Shown here: positions 1 to 12,818 of the stretch, piece by piece
Layout: each line of letters starts with the position of its first letter
Position numbering within the stretch: position 1 is the stretch's first letter
NCBI GenBank assembly: GCA_965240325.2
Contig: OZ251227.1
Coordinates: 1,984,001-2,048,000 of the forward strand
DNA: 64,000 nt
Direction of reading: 5' to 3'
Source: Rebecca billardiae RCC1528
Taxonomy: Eukaryota; Protista; Haptophyta
Notes under the pieces: generated by a model
Told to the model about the DNA's origin: nothing
Database searches by the model: none
What the model saw: only the letters and a program-made list of their open reading frames with translations
Translations under genes and position numbers: made by a program

Positions 1-1310
1 GGCGGCACAGACGGCGCTGACGACACGGGCGGGGTGCTTGCTCGGGGCGCGCGCGACGCCGTTGCAGCGGGCGACGCGCGCGCGCAGGAGGCGGCGGGCC
101 TCGCGCTCCTCGACGCGCTCGGCGGCGCGATCGTGCGCCCGCTCTGCGCCGCGGCCGTGCGCCGCGCGGCCGAGCGCGCCCCGGACTCCCTCGAGGCGGT
201 GCACTTGCTGCTGCTCGCAGCGCCGCGCGCGCTCGACCCGGGCGGTTTGGAGCGCGGCGCCGAGGGCGGCGGTGCGCGGCCGCGCGGCGAGGAGGCGCCC
301 TCCTCGCCGCGCGGCTGCGCGCGCGACGCGCACTGCGCGCTGTACCTGCGGCTGCTGCGCGACGCCTCGGACGCGCCGCCCTGCGCGCCGCGTGCGGACG
401 ACGGGGGCGGGGCGCCGCAGCCCGCGGGCTCGCCCTGCCCTGAGCTCGTGGGCGCGTGCGCGCGTGACACGCTGGCCCCCGTGTGGGCATCGAGCACGCA
501 CGCGCAGCGCGCGCCGATCGGGCAGCAGACGGCGCTCTCGCGCGCGCTGATCGGCTGCCTCCGGCTGTGCACGCGCGCCCAGGCCGAGGCGCTCACGCCC
601 GTGCTGCTCCCGGGCGTCTCCGCCCACCTCGACTCGACGGATGCGGACGTGCGCGCCCTTGGGATGGCGGTGGCGGAGGCTTTCTCCCGAGCGGCGCAGC
701 CCGACGGGCCGCCGCTGCTGTTCGCAGCGGAGGGCGGAGAGGAGGGCGGCTCGGCCGCGCGCGGCGACGGCGGCGCGGCGGCGGCGGAGGCGGCGCGCTA
801 CGACACGCGGCACGACCCTCACGCGCTTGGCGCGCGCGTGCTCGCGCGCCTCGCAGCGAGCGCGGCCGCGACGGGTGGCGCGGGTGGCGCGGCGCGCGGC
901 GCGGCGCGCGCCGCTGCCGGCGAGCACGCAGCATCGGCCGCCCTGCAGCCGGCGCAGGACGCGGCGGCGGATGCGCGGCAGGCGGCGGCGCGGGAGCGCG
1001 AGGCGTGCGCGCGCGCGCCCGCACTCGCCCCGCTCAGCTTCGGCACAGACGGCGCGCACGACGCAGCGCTCGCGCGCGCGCGCGTGAGCGCGCGCGGCGC
1101 GGACGGCGCTGGCCCGCCAGTCCCACTGCACAGCTGGGCAGCCTGCATGGCGGTGGCGCTTGGGGAGGAGGAGGAGGCGCTGCGCGCGATGGCGACCGAG
1201 CGGCGCGCCGCGCGCGAGGCGAGCGCGCGCGCGCGCCGCGCCGCCCCTGACGCTTCCGCCACCGCCGGCGCCGCCGCCGCGCTCGACGCTAGCCTCAGGC
1301 TGAGCGGACT

Positions 1311-1346
<36 letters not shown>

Positions 1347-2592
1347 AGGCGGCGGCGGCGGCGGCGACGGAGGCGAGTTGGCCGGTGGGTCCTCTGAGTG
1401 GGCGGCTGGGCCGGCGGAGGAGGATGCCGAGCTCGTGCCGTACGACCTGAGCGACGACCGCTCAGACCTCGCGGCCGCGCAGCCGCCCCGCTACCTGAGC
1501 GAGCTTCTCAGCGCCGTGCGCGAGAGCAAGGAGGGCTGTGCGCGGCAGCTCGAGGCCGCACTGGGCGCGGCCGCGCGGCTGATCCGCGCGTGCGCCGCGC
1601 CGCCGGGCGGAGTGCCCAACGCTGCCACCGCCGAGCTCGACCGGCTCGCGCCCGAGCTGGCGCGCGCGCTGCTGCACCTGAGCGATGCGTTCGCCCTCGA
1701 GCACTTTGCCGAGCGCAGGCGCGCCGCACTCGTCGCGCTCGCCGCCGCGCGGCCGCTGCCTGTCTGCGCACTCCTCACAGCCGAGCTGAGCGCGCCCGAC
1801 CTCGCGGCCTCCATGCCCGTGGCCACGCAGCTCGACGCGCTGCACGTGCTCGGCGCGGCCGCGCTCGAGATCTGGGCGGGCGAGGGCGGCACGGAGCGGG
1901 AGGCGCGAGGCGGCGGGGCGTCGACCTCTGCGCCGAGGGCAGGGCCGCTCGCGCCGCCGCGGGGCGGCGCGCCCGCCCCCGACGAGCGCGCGGCGGCGGA
2001 AGCCATCATTGCTGGGCGGCTGCAGGCAAAGACGCGCCGCTTCCACTCGCGCCGGCCAGCGCCGGCGGCGCGCGGCGCGCGCGCCAACGCGTTCGCTCCC
2101 GTCGCGCCCGGCTTCTTCTGGCCGCTGCTCGGGCGGCACGGGCGCGGGCTGCGGCTGCTCGGCGCGCGCGTCGACCCGCTCGTCCGTGCGGCGGCGCTGC
2201 ACACGCTGACGACCGTGCTGCTGTGTGTCGCGCACGCGCTGTGCGCGCGACAGATGGCGGCGGCGCTGTGCGGCGCGGCCTGGGAGGCGCGCGCGGACGC
2301 GGACGTGCGCGTGCGCCGCGCGGCGCTGCGCGCGCTGTGCGCGGCGGCGCAGGCGTGCTCGGCGGACGACCTGAGCACCGAGCTGAGCGCGGAGGCGCTC
2401 GCCGAGCTGCGTGCGTGGCTGGAGCGCGTCGCCACGTGGGACGACGACCCGCAGAGCGCGGCGCTCGCCGACGTTTGCGCCGGCGTGTTTGGCAGCCGGC
2501 TGATCGAGGCCGCCACCGCGGGCGCGGCGGAGGACGCGGGCGCAGTGGCGTACGGCGCGGTGCCGCGCGTCCTGCGCCTCGCGTGGGAGTAG
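1..2592 (+). CDS. TEL2: Telomere length regulation protein TEL2/TELO2 (TTT complex), 5'-partial
   Basis: Frame is open from base 1. Motifs GVSAHLDS..VRALGMAVAE, LVPYDLSDD...PRYL, GRLQAKTRRF and NAFAPVAPGFFWPLL match recalled TELO2 conserved blocks. Poly-Gly (GGC)n at ~1312-1366. Confidence 0.85.
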
Positions 2593-2973
2593 CCGCCGCC
2601 CGTGCGTGCATGCCCAGGCATTGCCCAGCCGCTGGCCCGGGTGCCATCGACCGGCGGTACCGCGCCGGTGGGACCGTTGTCAGTGACCGTGAGCGCTGCC
2701 GCCCCGACGCCGCGTGCAAGAGGACCTGCGCAGCCGTCCGGCTCACGCCCCTCAGTCGTTCGTACTCATCTGGCAGCCTGGCCTAGCGCCAGGACAGCAG
2801 CTGTGCTGATGAACTTACTACTTAGCAGTGCGAGCGTTCGGTCACAGTAGTCACAGTTCGTAAAAGTGGCGGGAACTCTCCTAGTCGCGTGCACGTTTGC
2901 GCAGTGACGAACCGCGCGGCCATTCATTTCAATTATCGCCCAGCTTGAGCGAGCACCGCTTTGAACCTCCACG

Positions 2974-5900
2974 ATGCGGCCCGGTCCCGCTGCGCTGCGC
3001 GGCACGGCCGCCTTGGCGCTGCTCGCCGCCGCGTGCGGCGCGCGCGGGCTGGCTCCCGCGCGTTGCGCCCGGCTGACAGCAGCGTGTCCCCGCCGCGCCG
3101 CGGCCCCGCCCCGAGGGCTCGCGCGCGCCGCGGCCGAGCCACCCGACGACGATGGCCGCAGCGCGTACCGCGAGGGCCAGGTGGCGGTGCAGGAGCTCGT
3201 GCGCGAGCGCGAGCGCGATCCCGAGCCCAAGTTCGTCGCCTCGACGGTGTCAAAGCCGATGGGCATCACGTTCGCCCCCAACCCGGGCGGCAAGGGTGTG
3301 TACGTCAGCGCGCTCGACGAGGGCAGCGCCGAGGGCGAGCAGAAGCTGCAGAGCGTCTGCCTGGGAGACTACCTCGTCTCCGTCGAGGCGCTGGACGTGA
3401 CGCGGATGTCGCTGGACGAGGTGCTCGAGCTGCTGGACGAGGCGCCGCTGCTCGTGAACATCGGCCTGCAGCGCGGCGGCTCCGAGCCCTGGCGCGCCGT
3501 CGACGGCCTGAGCGTGGACGAGATGATGGCGGCTGTCCTCGCCCGCTACCCGGACGCGCTCTCCGAGTCCGACCAGGCGCAGCTGTACCGCGCACTGCAG
3601 AAGCTGAAGGAGGACGAGGCGGCGGGGTCGAGGACGCGCGGGGACGCGCCGCAAAGCGCGACGGCGCGCGGGCTCGAGCGCCTCTCGCTCGAAGTGCGCT
3701 CCTTTGTCGCGGTGCGCGCGGCGCGCGGCGCGCGGCGCGCGGCGCGCGGCGCGCGGCGCGCGGCGCGCGGCGCGCTGCACTCTGCGCGCGCGCGCCGCGC
3801 CGCGCCGCTGTTGGGTCCCGCGGCGCCGGGCCTGCCGCGGCGCGGCCCGCCCACACGCCGCGCGCGCCGCGTGCCCCGCCCCGCCGCGCCCAGGGCCTGC
3901 GCGTCAACCTGCGCGCCTTCGTCGACGGCTCCGTCGACAAGGCCGCCGTCGACCTGGCGGTGGCCCTGCGCACCGCAGAGTATTTGGTCAGGCGCGCGGC
4001 GATGGATTCGGGCAGGCTGCTCAGCCAGGGCAGCCGCGCGGTGGCGAGGCTGGCGGCGGCGGAGGGCGAGGAGGAGGACGAGGCGGAGGGCGCGAGCGGC
4101 ACGCCCTTCCGCGAGCTCCTCAAGGTGCCTGCGCTCACCGCCGTGCTCGGCGAGCCCGCCGGCGTGGAGCTGCCGCGCCCAACGGCAGGCACGGTTTCGT
4201 CCGTAAACGCCAGTCGAGAGCTGCTGGCCGTTGTGCTCGAGGAGGTGGCGAGCGCGGTGGAGCGCGGCGCGAGCGCGGAGGCGAGCGCGCGCGCGCGCGC
4301 GGCCGAGGAGGAGGCGCTCGAGCCGTCCGAGCGCGCCGCACTCGTCGCGCGCGCCGCGGCCAACGCCTCTGCCGTCGACTGGGCGAGGTTCGAGCGCCGA
4401 GCCAACAACCTGGGCGGCGCGCTCGGCGCAGACCTCAGCCGGGCGCTCAGCATGATCCGCTCGGACTACGAGGCGTTCGAGGTGCTCAAGCGCGAGCAGA
4501 TCTCGCTCGAGCCGATCCCCGGGGAGCAGCTGCTCGAGGGCGGGCGGCAGGGGCTTCTCCGGCTGCGTGCGGACGGGAGGCTGAGCTCGTTTGCGCGCAG
4601 CCGCGAGGAGCAGGCGCGGCGCGCGCAGTCGGACTCGCGGCGCGCGACCGCCACGTTCGCGGCCAAGGTGGGCGAGAGGGGGCTCAAGGACAGCGCGGAC
4701 ACGGTGGTGTACGGCGTGATGCCCGGCGCGAAGGTCGTGGGCAAGGCCTTCGCCAAGTCGGTCGCCGAGAACGTCGCGGAGCGCTTCGGCGCGCGCGGCT
4801 CGCGGCAGGCGGGCGGCGACAGCTCGGTGTCCGCGGACCTGAGTGCGGTGTGTGCGCGCGCGCCGGCCCAGGAGCGGACAGCGCGGACGCCATCCAAAAG
4901 GGCGAAGCGCGCGATGTGTGCACACACTGCGCGCGCGCGCGCGCCTGACCCACGCGCGGCCTCTGTGCGCGCCGCGCCCCCCCGCGCGCGTCGCGACCGC
5001 TTCCGACGCGCGCACTCGCCGCTGTGCGCCACGCAGGCGAGTGCCTTCATCGGCAGCGTGGCTCAGCAGCTGGGGGAACAGTACCGGGCTGACTTGGCGC
5101 AGGGCTCGAAGTCCGGCCCGCTCGGCGCGCCCGCGCCCGCGGCGCCGGAGGTGGCGGAGGGCCCCACCACCATGCTGCGCTCTTTCACGCGCACCCTGAC
5201 CGGCGCCGTGCGCACATCGCTCTCCTCCGCGGCCGAGGCGGCCGAGCGCGAGCGTGCGCGCCTCGAGCAGGCGCAGCGGGAGCTGAGCCAAGGGGTGCCT
5301 GCAGCGCAGGAGGCCGCCGCCCGCCCGCCTACCGCGGAGACGGCGGCGCCCAGCGCGCCCTCGCAGGCCGCAGTGTCGCCAGCGGCAGGCGGCACCAGCC
5401 CACCATTCGCCGTGGCGACCGCGGCCGAGCCTGCAGCGGCCCCCGCCACACAGCCGGCCGCGACAGCCTCCATCGATGTCGAGGCATCGGCGGTGGCGGG
5501 TGCGCCGGCTGCCGCCGCCGCCACCGCCGGCACGCCGGCCTCGGCGGCGCAGCCGATGGCCGGCGCGCAATCGTCCGCTGCGGGCGCTGCGCCACCCTCG
5601 CAGCAGGAGGGGGTGGCGACAGTGCAGTCGGGGCCGCCGCCGCCGCCCTCAGGGAGCGCGGCTCGCAGCGAGGTGGTCAGCGTGAGCGTGGTCTCAGAGC
5701 TGAGCGACAGTGCCGCGCCCGGCGTTGGCCTGCGCCGGGACACGGCAGAGGCGCTGCTGACGAGCGCGGCCGGCGGCGCGGACATGGACGAGGACGCGGG
5801 GAGCGACATCGACATCGACGTAGCGGTGAGCGTTGACGTCGAGGCCGAGGTGCGTGGGCGGAAGCTCAGCCTGCTCTTCGATCGGCTCGCCCTGTGGCTC

Positions 5901-6065
5901 GAGTTCGCCACCGCCGAGCTGTTCGAGCGGCTCGTCGACATTTACGGGCTGGACGGCGCGCGCGACTGGCAGCCGCTGCCGCTGCTGCGCCCCGAGCGCA
6001 ACGTGGTCGAGTTCCCGACGCAGCTGCTGTTTGAGGTGCTGACGCTGGCCATCTCGCGCGACTGA
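2974..6065 (+). CDS. PDZ-domain protein, probably plastid-targeted; exons 2974-3711, 3894-4847, 5037-6065
   Basis: Hydrophobic signal-like N-terminus. PDZ-like KPMGITFAPNPGGKGVYVSALDEGS..GDYLVSVE..DVTRMSLDEVLELL. GT-AG introns 3712-3893 and 4848-5036 join the frames in phase. Confidence 0.7.
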
Positions 6066-6395
6066 GCCGGCGCGGGGCGTCGGGCTCCGTCCCGTAGCGG
6101 CGGCGGCCGAGGGGTGGTCGATCGATCGCCCATCATCATCATATGCCATTCTCCAACGCCAGGCGCACGGTCCTGCGGCGGTGCTGACACAGTTAGACTT
6201 CTGCTAATACTCGCGCGGGCTACTAGACGACAGTCTACGTCTATCGGACGACTATGTCTATGCCAGGCGGCAGACTCGGCCTGGGCCAGGGACCGTACGG
6301 AGTATACGGATTATACGCGGCGGTGGTCTAGCTAAGACTAAAGTGACTTACGGACCAGCTCAGAGAGTCAGACTCACTCAAAGGGGCGCGGCGCG

Positions 6396-6397
<2 letters not shown>

Positions 6398-6440
<43 letters not shown>

Positions 6441-6460
6441 CTCTCTGAGTCTCTCTCTCT
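6398..6460. repeat. (CT)n microsatellite
   Basis: Directly visible dinucleotide run with a few interruptions. Confidence 0.95.
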
Positions 6461-6512
6461 GTCTCGAGACATAGTATACTACAATTACATATATATTATT
6501 ATAAGCAATATA

Positions 6513-8166
6513 ATATATGACCGCGTTCCGCGGTCCTTTTCCGTAGAACGAACGTAGTTCAGGGCCCGCGGTGGCGGTGCACCCTCCATCGCAGTCGTCT
6601 ATTGACAGACCCGGAGTTGCATGCCCGTACAACTAGACTCCAGCGGCGCGCCGCCGCCCGCCGCGCCCGGGGCGCGGGCCCATCGGCGCACTTCGCAGCC
6701 GCCGGCGCGGCGCCGATTGTGTACAGGCGGATGCGACGAGGCGTGATCGACGCATGAGCGCGACTCCACGTGCACGCCAGGCCACGCGAAGCTGACAGCC
6801 AGGGAGCACGGTGCGGGGCCGCGGATTCGTTCGGGCCGCTGCTGCTGACTGACCGCTGTCCCGCCGCGGGTCACCGCGCACCGCGGCAGCGCCAGGATAG
6901 TTAGGTGATTTGCACTGGTCCGAGTAGGGTTCGACCAGCGCCTGCGCGACGGCCGACAGGCGGGCGCGAGGCGTGATCGACGCATGAGCGCAACTCGACG
7001 TGCACGCCAGGCCACGCGGAGCTGACAGCCCGAGGGAGCACGGTGCCGAGGTCGGAGGTGCGACTGGGCACCAGTCACAGATCGTTCGCGCACGCCGCGC
7101 GTGCACGGGCTGACACACCTCGATCAGGCTCGGCACGCGTTGCAGAGGCACAGCCAGCTCTGGGGACGTCACGCACCACCGTCGCCCGCGCAGCTCGTCC
7201 TCCTCGTAGAGTACCGTTCAGTTCCGAGGCGTAGCCCTCGCTCAGAGTCGACCGGTCGACGATGGACTCGGATCGTCGGCGCTCCCCGGAAAGGCATGGC
7301 AAGGGCGGCGCGTGGTGAAGTCGAAGACTCAGAGATCGATCAGTCCGGCATCAGGCGCCGCTGCCCCCGAGCTTGCGAGAGCCCGAATACAGGGCGGCTG
7401 CCGCGGCGCGGCCGGGGCGCCGCGGCGCCGACCGGCGCGCGGCCGCGCGCAGGCATCGACACGGGGCGGCGGGGGCGCGCGGAGTGAGCGGGGGCACGAA
7501 CGCGATGTCGACGGCAGTCGGGACCCGCCGCAGCCGCGCGCTCCAGGCGCAACTCGCCGCGCGCACCTGCCCATCGCCGTCCTCACCCGTCGGTCGCTCG
7601 TCAGCTCGCCTCATCCTCTCGCGGTCTCGCCGCAGCCGTGGCGTAGAAAACGCGGGCCCGCCGGCGCCCCGGCTCCCGCTCCGGTGTCAGATAGTATTGA
7701 GATTCGCTGAGGTTGGCCCATCGGCTACTGACCCTTGCCTCGTCGGCTCCTGATACAGACACGGCGCGATTGAATAGTTGATTCAACTGATTCAAGGGAC
7801 GTACATGGTCACATCGGTTCGCGGCAATCTCTATCTAGATACGTCATCGCTCCTTGGACCTTGCTGCAATCTCATTAGCCGGAAAAATCGCTTGTAACGG
7901 TTCGTTACGTTAGGGATCCTAAAGGGCGTGAAGTTTTTTGGACGGGCGTCACTCCACGCTTTACTATGAACTTGCCGTGGGCGCGACCTTTTTCGGCCGT
8001 GATGCATGTTAGAGAGGGTCTCAAAATTCGAAACTCGGTCTCCTCCAGCCATGAAAATCGTCCCCCGTCCCTTTTTTCTTGATCAAAGATCTTTTTGAAA
8101 CGTTGTTTGGGCCCGCTGGTGCGGGCTCCACGCTGCGCGCTCCGCCCTGCACCGCGGGCCATAAAA
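6513..8166 (-). mobile_element. Non-autonomous Helentron/Helitron2-like element (HINE-type), copy A
   Basis: Minus-strand 5' end TTTTAT-GGCCCGCGGTG followed by its own inverted repeat (8109-8166). The 3' end has the inverted subTIR CACCGCGGGCC (~6563-6573), then the hairpin GACCGCG-GAA-CGCGGTC and ATAT. Both ends are shared with 23713-25535. Confidence 0.7.
6737..7046. repeat. ~80-bp imperfect direct repeat (6737-6814 and 6967-7046)
   Basis: cgaggcgtgatcgacgcatgagcgc..cgtgcacgccaggccacgcg..gctgacagcc..gggagcacggtgc occurs twice, 230 bp apart. Confidence 0.9.
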
Positions 8167-8629
8167 CGTGTCACGCTGATGATGACTACAATCACAACGG
8201 GCGGTCGATGATGACGACAGCGCATCTAGCTATGTACTAACAGTTGGTGGCGCGCTGTCGCCCAGGCGGCATCCGGCGCGGTAGCCTCACGGCACCATCA
8301 CTGCGGTGGACCGGTGGTAACGGGCATCAGCAGTGTCGGGAAGCACCGACGCAGCAGCGGCCGAAGTCGTGCACAGCCGGACGCCGCGAGCGTGCGCGCT
8401 GCAGGCGAGCAAACTGCACGCGGTCTCGGCAGCCTCGGGGCGCCGCGAGCAGCTGCGCGCGCCCACAGAGCCTGCGTCAGCGATGCCAGCGCGGGCGCGC
8501 GGCCTGCCTGCGGGCGAGTGCGGCAGTGATGGTCGGAGTCGCTCGTCCGCGGCATGGCGAGCGCTGCTCGCGCACTGGCTGCGCCAAGGGGCGGCAGGCC
8601 CACAACGTGCGCCAGGCAGCGCGGCCCGC

Positions 8630-9424
8630 TCACTTCGAGCCGCGCACGAACGAGAGGTACGCCGTCCACACGAAGGAGACAATGTGGCGCACCGGCAGCC
8701 GCAGGTAGAGCGGCACCGAGAAGCAGATGATGTCCGCGGGCACCCACACCCGGATCAGGTCGTACACGTCCTTGTTGAAGTTGGTGATGAAGCTGTTGAC
8801 GCCCGAGTTGCCCCACTCGACCACGTTCCAGCTGTCCGAGAACACCCCCGCCTTGAAGACGTAGAAGGTGGGCAGGTAGATGAACGTGAGCACGCCGATG
8901 TCGATCACCGTCTGCTGGGCGAGCGAGATCAGCCCGGGCACGTCGGTGAGCTTCTTCAGCCACGGCTGCGTGGTGAAGCGGTCGATGCCGGTGAAGAGGC
9001 GTTTGAAGATGTTCACCTGGTACCAGTACTGGAACGCCCCCAGGTACGCGCAGCCGAACATGCAGAAGACGAGATTGCGCTGCCAGTCCACCTCGCTGAG
9101 CGGTTTCTGCTCGATCACGCACTGCGCGACGAGGTCTGCGGCGCCCGTCTTCATCGTCGCGATGATGAGGTTGTTTGTGATGGGGTACGTCTTTGCGAAC
9201 ACCGCGTACGAGAAGCCGGGCGACACCTCCGCCGCCGCCTCCGCCGCGGCCGCGGGCGGCGCGACCGGCGTAGCCGATGGCTTCGTGCTCAGTAGCCGCT
9301 GTGTGCGCAGGGTGTGCGGTCGCCCCGTGCACGCTGCGCGCAGCGAGACGGCTGGCGAGCAGCTCGCGCGCATGAGCGGCTGAGCAGCGCTGCGGAGCCC
9401 CGCACGACGGAGAACGAGGGCCAT
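8630..9424 (-). CDS. Mpv17/PMP22 family membrane protein with mitochondrial-type presequence
   Basis: YPITNNLIIATMKTGAADLVAQ..DWQRNLVFCMFG..YLPTFY..WVPADIICFSVPLYLRLPVRHIVSFVWTAYLS is typical of Mpv17/PMP22. Arg/Ala/Ser-rich N-terminus. Confidence 0.9.
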   Translation of the reverse strand: MALVLRRAGLRSAAQPLMRASCSPAVSLRAACTGRPHTLRTQRLLSTKPSATPVAPPAAAAEAAAEVSPGFSYAVFAKTYPITNNLIIATMKTGAADLVAQCVIEQKPLSEVDWQRNLVFCMFGCAYLGAFQYWYQVNIFKRLFTGIDRFTTQPWLKKLTDVPGLISLAQQTVIDIGVLTFIYLPTFYVFKAGVFSDSWNVVEWGNSGVNSFITNFNKDVYDLIRVWVPADIICFSVPLYLRLPVRHIVSFVWTAYLSFVRGSK

Positions 9425-10007
9425 CGGTCACGGACTTCGCGGCGCGCGCCGGCGGGAGGCACAGCACGTCAGAGGACGGGCGGATTCCTCGTTCACCGTT
9501 GATTCCCCCTGCTGCTCCATCCAGCCGGGGACGCACGGTGGAAGTTGTACACGTTGCTCAGTGGCTGTACCTTTGAACGTTTGACGATGAAACAGAAAGC
9601 AGTGGAGAGCTGCTCACCGCTTTCACGTGCAGCTCACGACGAAGTTTTGTGTTCGACGATATTCCTTCGCCAAGCGCAAACTTGCGCGCAGTGGTCGAGT
9701 TCGTCCACCGAAGCACGGCCCTTGACCGAAGGTCGGATCGGAATCTTTGGCAGAAGACCGGATCGAGGTCTGATGTCTCAACTCTCACCTGCTTGGGTGC
9801 CTGCCCGTGCGGACCACCCTTGGCTCAGGAACCACCCGTCATTCCGGCCGGTCGCTTTCCGAGGCAAAAGGGCGAAAAGGCGCGAAACGAGCGCGCGTTC
9901 GGCTCCAAACCCCTAGTAAAAGAAGCGAGGCTGCGAGGGGAACGGTGAACGGCAACAAATTTATCTTAGATTCGTCGGCCACGCGGCTGTTCATTTGCGC
10001 TGGCAAG

Positions 10008-12364
10008 ATGCAGCTCTTGGCGCGTCGGCGCCTGCCGCGCCTGCCGCGCGTGCGGATAGCACCGCGGCCTCTGGGGCGGCCACCGCTGGCCGTAGCGAGT
10101 GCACCACGCGCCCTGCTGTGCTCGGCGCCATCGTCCGGCGGTGGCAGCCCTTCCTCCTCGCTAGGCGCGGCCGCGCCGGAGCCGAGCGGCTGGTTCGATC
10201 GCCTCGTGGGCCCGCAGACGGTCGTCGCGAGCGAGGGCTTCAGCAACCGCTGGGCCGTGATGGTGCCCGCCTTCACGACACACCTCTGCCTCGGCGGCCC
10301 GGGCTTCGGCTGGTCCGTGCTCTCGTCCGCCATCGTGCGCGAGCACGGCTTTGTGAGCTCTGCCGCCACTGATTGGTCGCTGTTTGACGTGACCATGCCC
10401 ATGCCGGTGCTCTTCACGTTCCTCGGGCTCTCGGGCGCGGCGGTGGGCAAGTGGCAGAACCGTGTGGGTGAGCGCGCGGCCATCGGGCTGGGTGGCCTGA
10501 TCTTCGGCACCGGCATGTGCGTGGGCGCGCTCGGCATCGCCAGTCACAACATCTGGCTTCTGAACCTGGGCTTCGGCGTGCTGGGCGGCACGGGCATCGG
10601 CCTGTGCTACACGCCGCCGGTGCAGGCGCTGATGCAGTGGTTCCCCGACCAGAAGGGGCTGGCCATGGGCTGCCTCGTCGCCGGCTTCGGAGCGGGCGGC
10701 CTCGCCTTCGTCCCCGCCATGTCCGGGCTGATGGCGCACTTCTCGAAGGCGCCGACGTACCTCGGCGCGATGGGCTCGGTCGAGACGACGACCGTCGACG
10801 GCGTGCTGTACGCCAAGGCGGGCACGGCGGGGGAGCTGGTCGCGGCGGTGCAGGCGACGAGCGCGGACCTCGCAAAGATCCCCGGCGACTTGGCCGAGGG
10901 CCTGTACGCCGTCGGCACGGGCTCGACCGGCGCGGCCGAGGCGCTCGCCGTGGGCGGGATCGTGTACGTGGCGACGCTCATGGCGTGTGCGGCGACCATC
11001 TGCAGGCCGCGGCCCGGCTGGCTGCCTGCTGGGTACACGCCGCCCGCCGAGGCGGCGCACTCGCCGTCGCTCACGGTGGACCAGGTGATGCGCACGCCCC
11101 AGTTCTACCAGCTCGGCGTGACCTTTGCGTGCATCACGACGGGCATCTACGGCATCTTCTCGGTGCGCGCGCGCGCGCGCGCGTGGCGTTGAGAGCGCAT
11201 GCCGGCGCCGAGCCGTCAGCCTCGCGGCCCACGCCGTGCGCGCTGGCGCGTGCCACCATCTGCGGGGGTGGATGGGCGCGAGGGGCGCGTGGCGCGCCGG
11301 CGCTGATTTTCTCCGCGCCCTCCCCGCCGCCGCCCACCCGCGCAGGTCGCGAAGGGCATGATGTCCGAGGTCTTCTCTGGCGCGCTGCCGTTGGTCGTGA
11401 CCGCTGGCTTCACCTCCTCCTATCTGATGATGCTCTCGGGAGCCAACCTCTCCGGCCGCTTCGGCATGGCCACACTCTCGGACCGGATAGGCTGCCGCAA
11501 CACGTTCAACACCATCATCGCCACCCTGATCCCGATCTACTTCTCCGCGCCGTTCCTCGTGCAGCAGGTGCGCGGAGAGCGCTCAGCGCGTTCCCCAGCG
11601 CAAGCCCGCACGCGCGCTCGCGCCGAAGAGGCGCCTCTCGCGCGCGCGCGTCATGACCTGGGCGCCTGTGGCGCCACATGGGTGCGCGCGCGCGACACGG
11701 GCGCGCGCCGCAGGTCGTCGGCTCTGGCTCGACGCTGCCATTGTACGCGTTCATCGGATCCACATGGCTTGCCGTCTTCGCCGCGTGCGGCTCCGTCTCC
11801 ACGACCCCCGCGTACGAGGCCAGCCTCTTTGGCACGAAGAACGTGGGCGCGGTGCACGGCCGCATGCTCGTCTTCAACTCGGTCGCGGCGATTGTCGGGC
11901 CCAACCTCTTCGTGCAGCTGCGCACGCGGGACGAGCTGACGGCGATCAACGAGCTGCTCGCGCAGGTGGACCCGGGCCTGTTTCAGACCACCTTTGGCGT
12001 CGCCGTCGCCGAGGCCGCCCCGCTGATCAGTGCGAAGACCATCACGATCGCCAAGCTGATGGCGCTGATGCCGGCCGGCACGCCCGACCCGACGCCGTTC
12101 CTGTACAACTCGACCATGTACACGATGGGTGGCCTGGCGGTTGCGTCGGGGCTCATGCACACCTTCATTCGCCCCGTCGACCCGAAGCTCTTCGAGGACG
12201 ACGGCGACGCGGGCACGCCACCGCCCGCGCCTCCGGCCGACGGCGGAGCCAAGCCCAAGGCCGTGGCGAGCGAGACGAGCGGCGAGGATGCCACGCCGCA
12301 CCTTGGCAAGGACGAGCGCGTGTCCAGCGTCCACGATGGGGGCGCAAAGGTCCTCAAGGACTGA
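10008..12364 (+). CDS. MFS transporter, oxalate/formate antiporter (OFA/YhjX)-like; exons 10008-11162, 11346-11567, 11714-12364
   Basis: GGTGIGLCYTPPVQALMQWFPDQKGLAMG..GFGAG, MRTPQFY, ANLSGRFGMATLSDRIG and FGTKNVGAVHGR motifs. Two GT-AG introns restore the frame. Confidence 0.88.
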
Positions 12365-12818
12365 CGCATCGCTTCGTGACAGCGGCTGGCCGACACAACC
12401 GCGACCTCTCCCTCCCTATGATGTGCATCCTACATGCGAGGGCGGCAGCCATCGTCAGATCACATCATCACTCATCACTTCATCAGAGCAAAGCTGACAT
12501 ATTTACCCACTTTCCCTAGTAGAGCCTGTCTCGGACTACCGCGTAGCTCTGAGTGAGTGAGTGCTGCTGCCGCTGCTGAAGGACTCTCATTGGTGATTTG
12601 CATCAAGGGAGATCGCTTTTACGGCTATCTCCCGGTGTTTGGTTTGTTTGCGTCCGCGATCCGATTGGGCCACCAAACCGGCTTCGTTTGCTTGTAGTCA
12701 AAATCGAACTCGCGTCGTCGTCTGGACCGTCGCAACTCGCAGCCGGCCCGGGCGGGGCTCGTCGTCGGGTTTCCGACAGCCGCCGCCGTCAGCCCGTCGT
12801 CGCTTCACGCTCAGTATC

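Noticed and set aside
4848-5036. ARRA-rich inserts inside conserved proteins (also 18481-18618, 26490-26579)
   Set aside because: These are stop-free 3n GT-AG introns, not protein insertions or inteins
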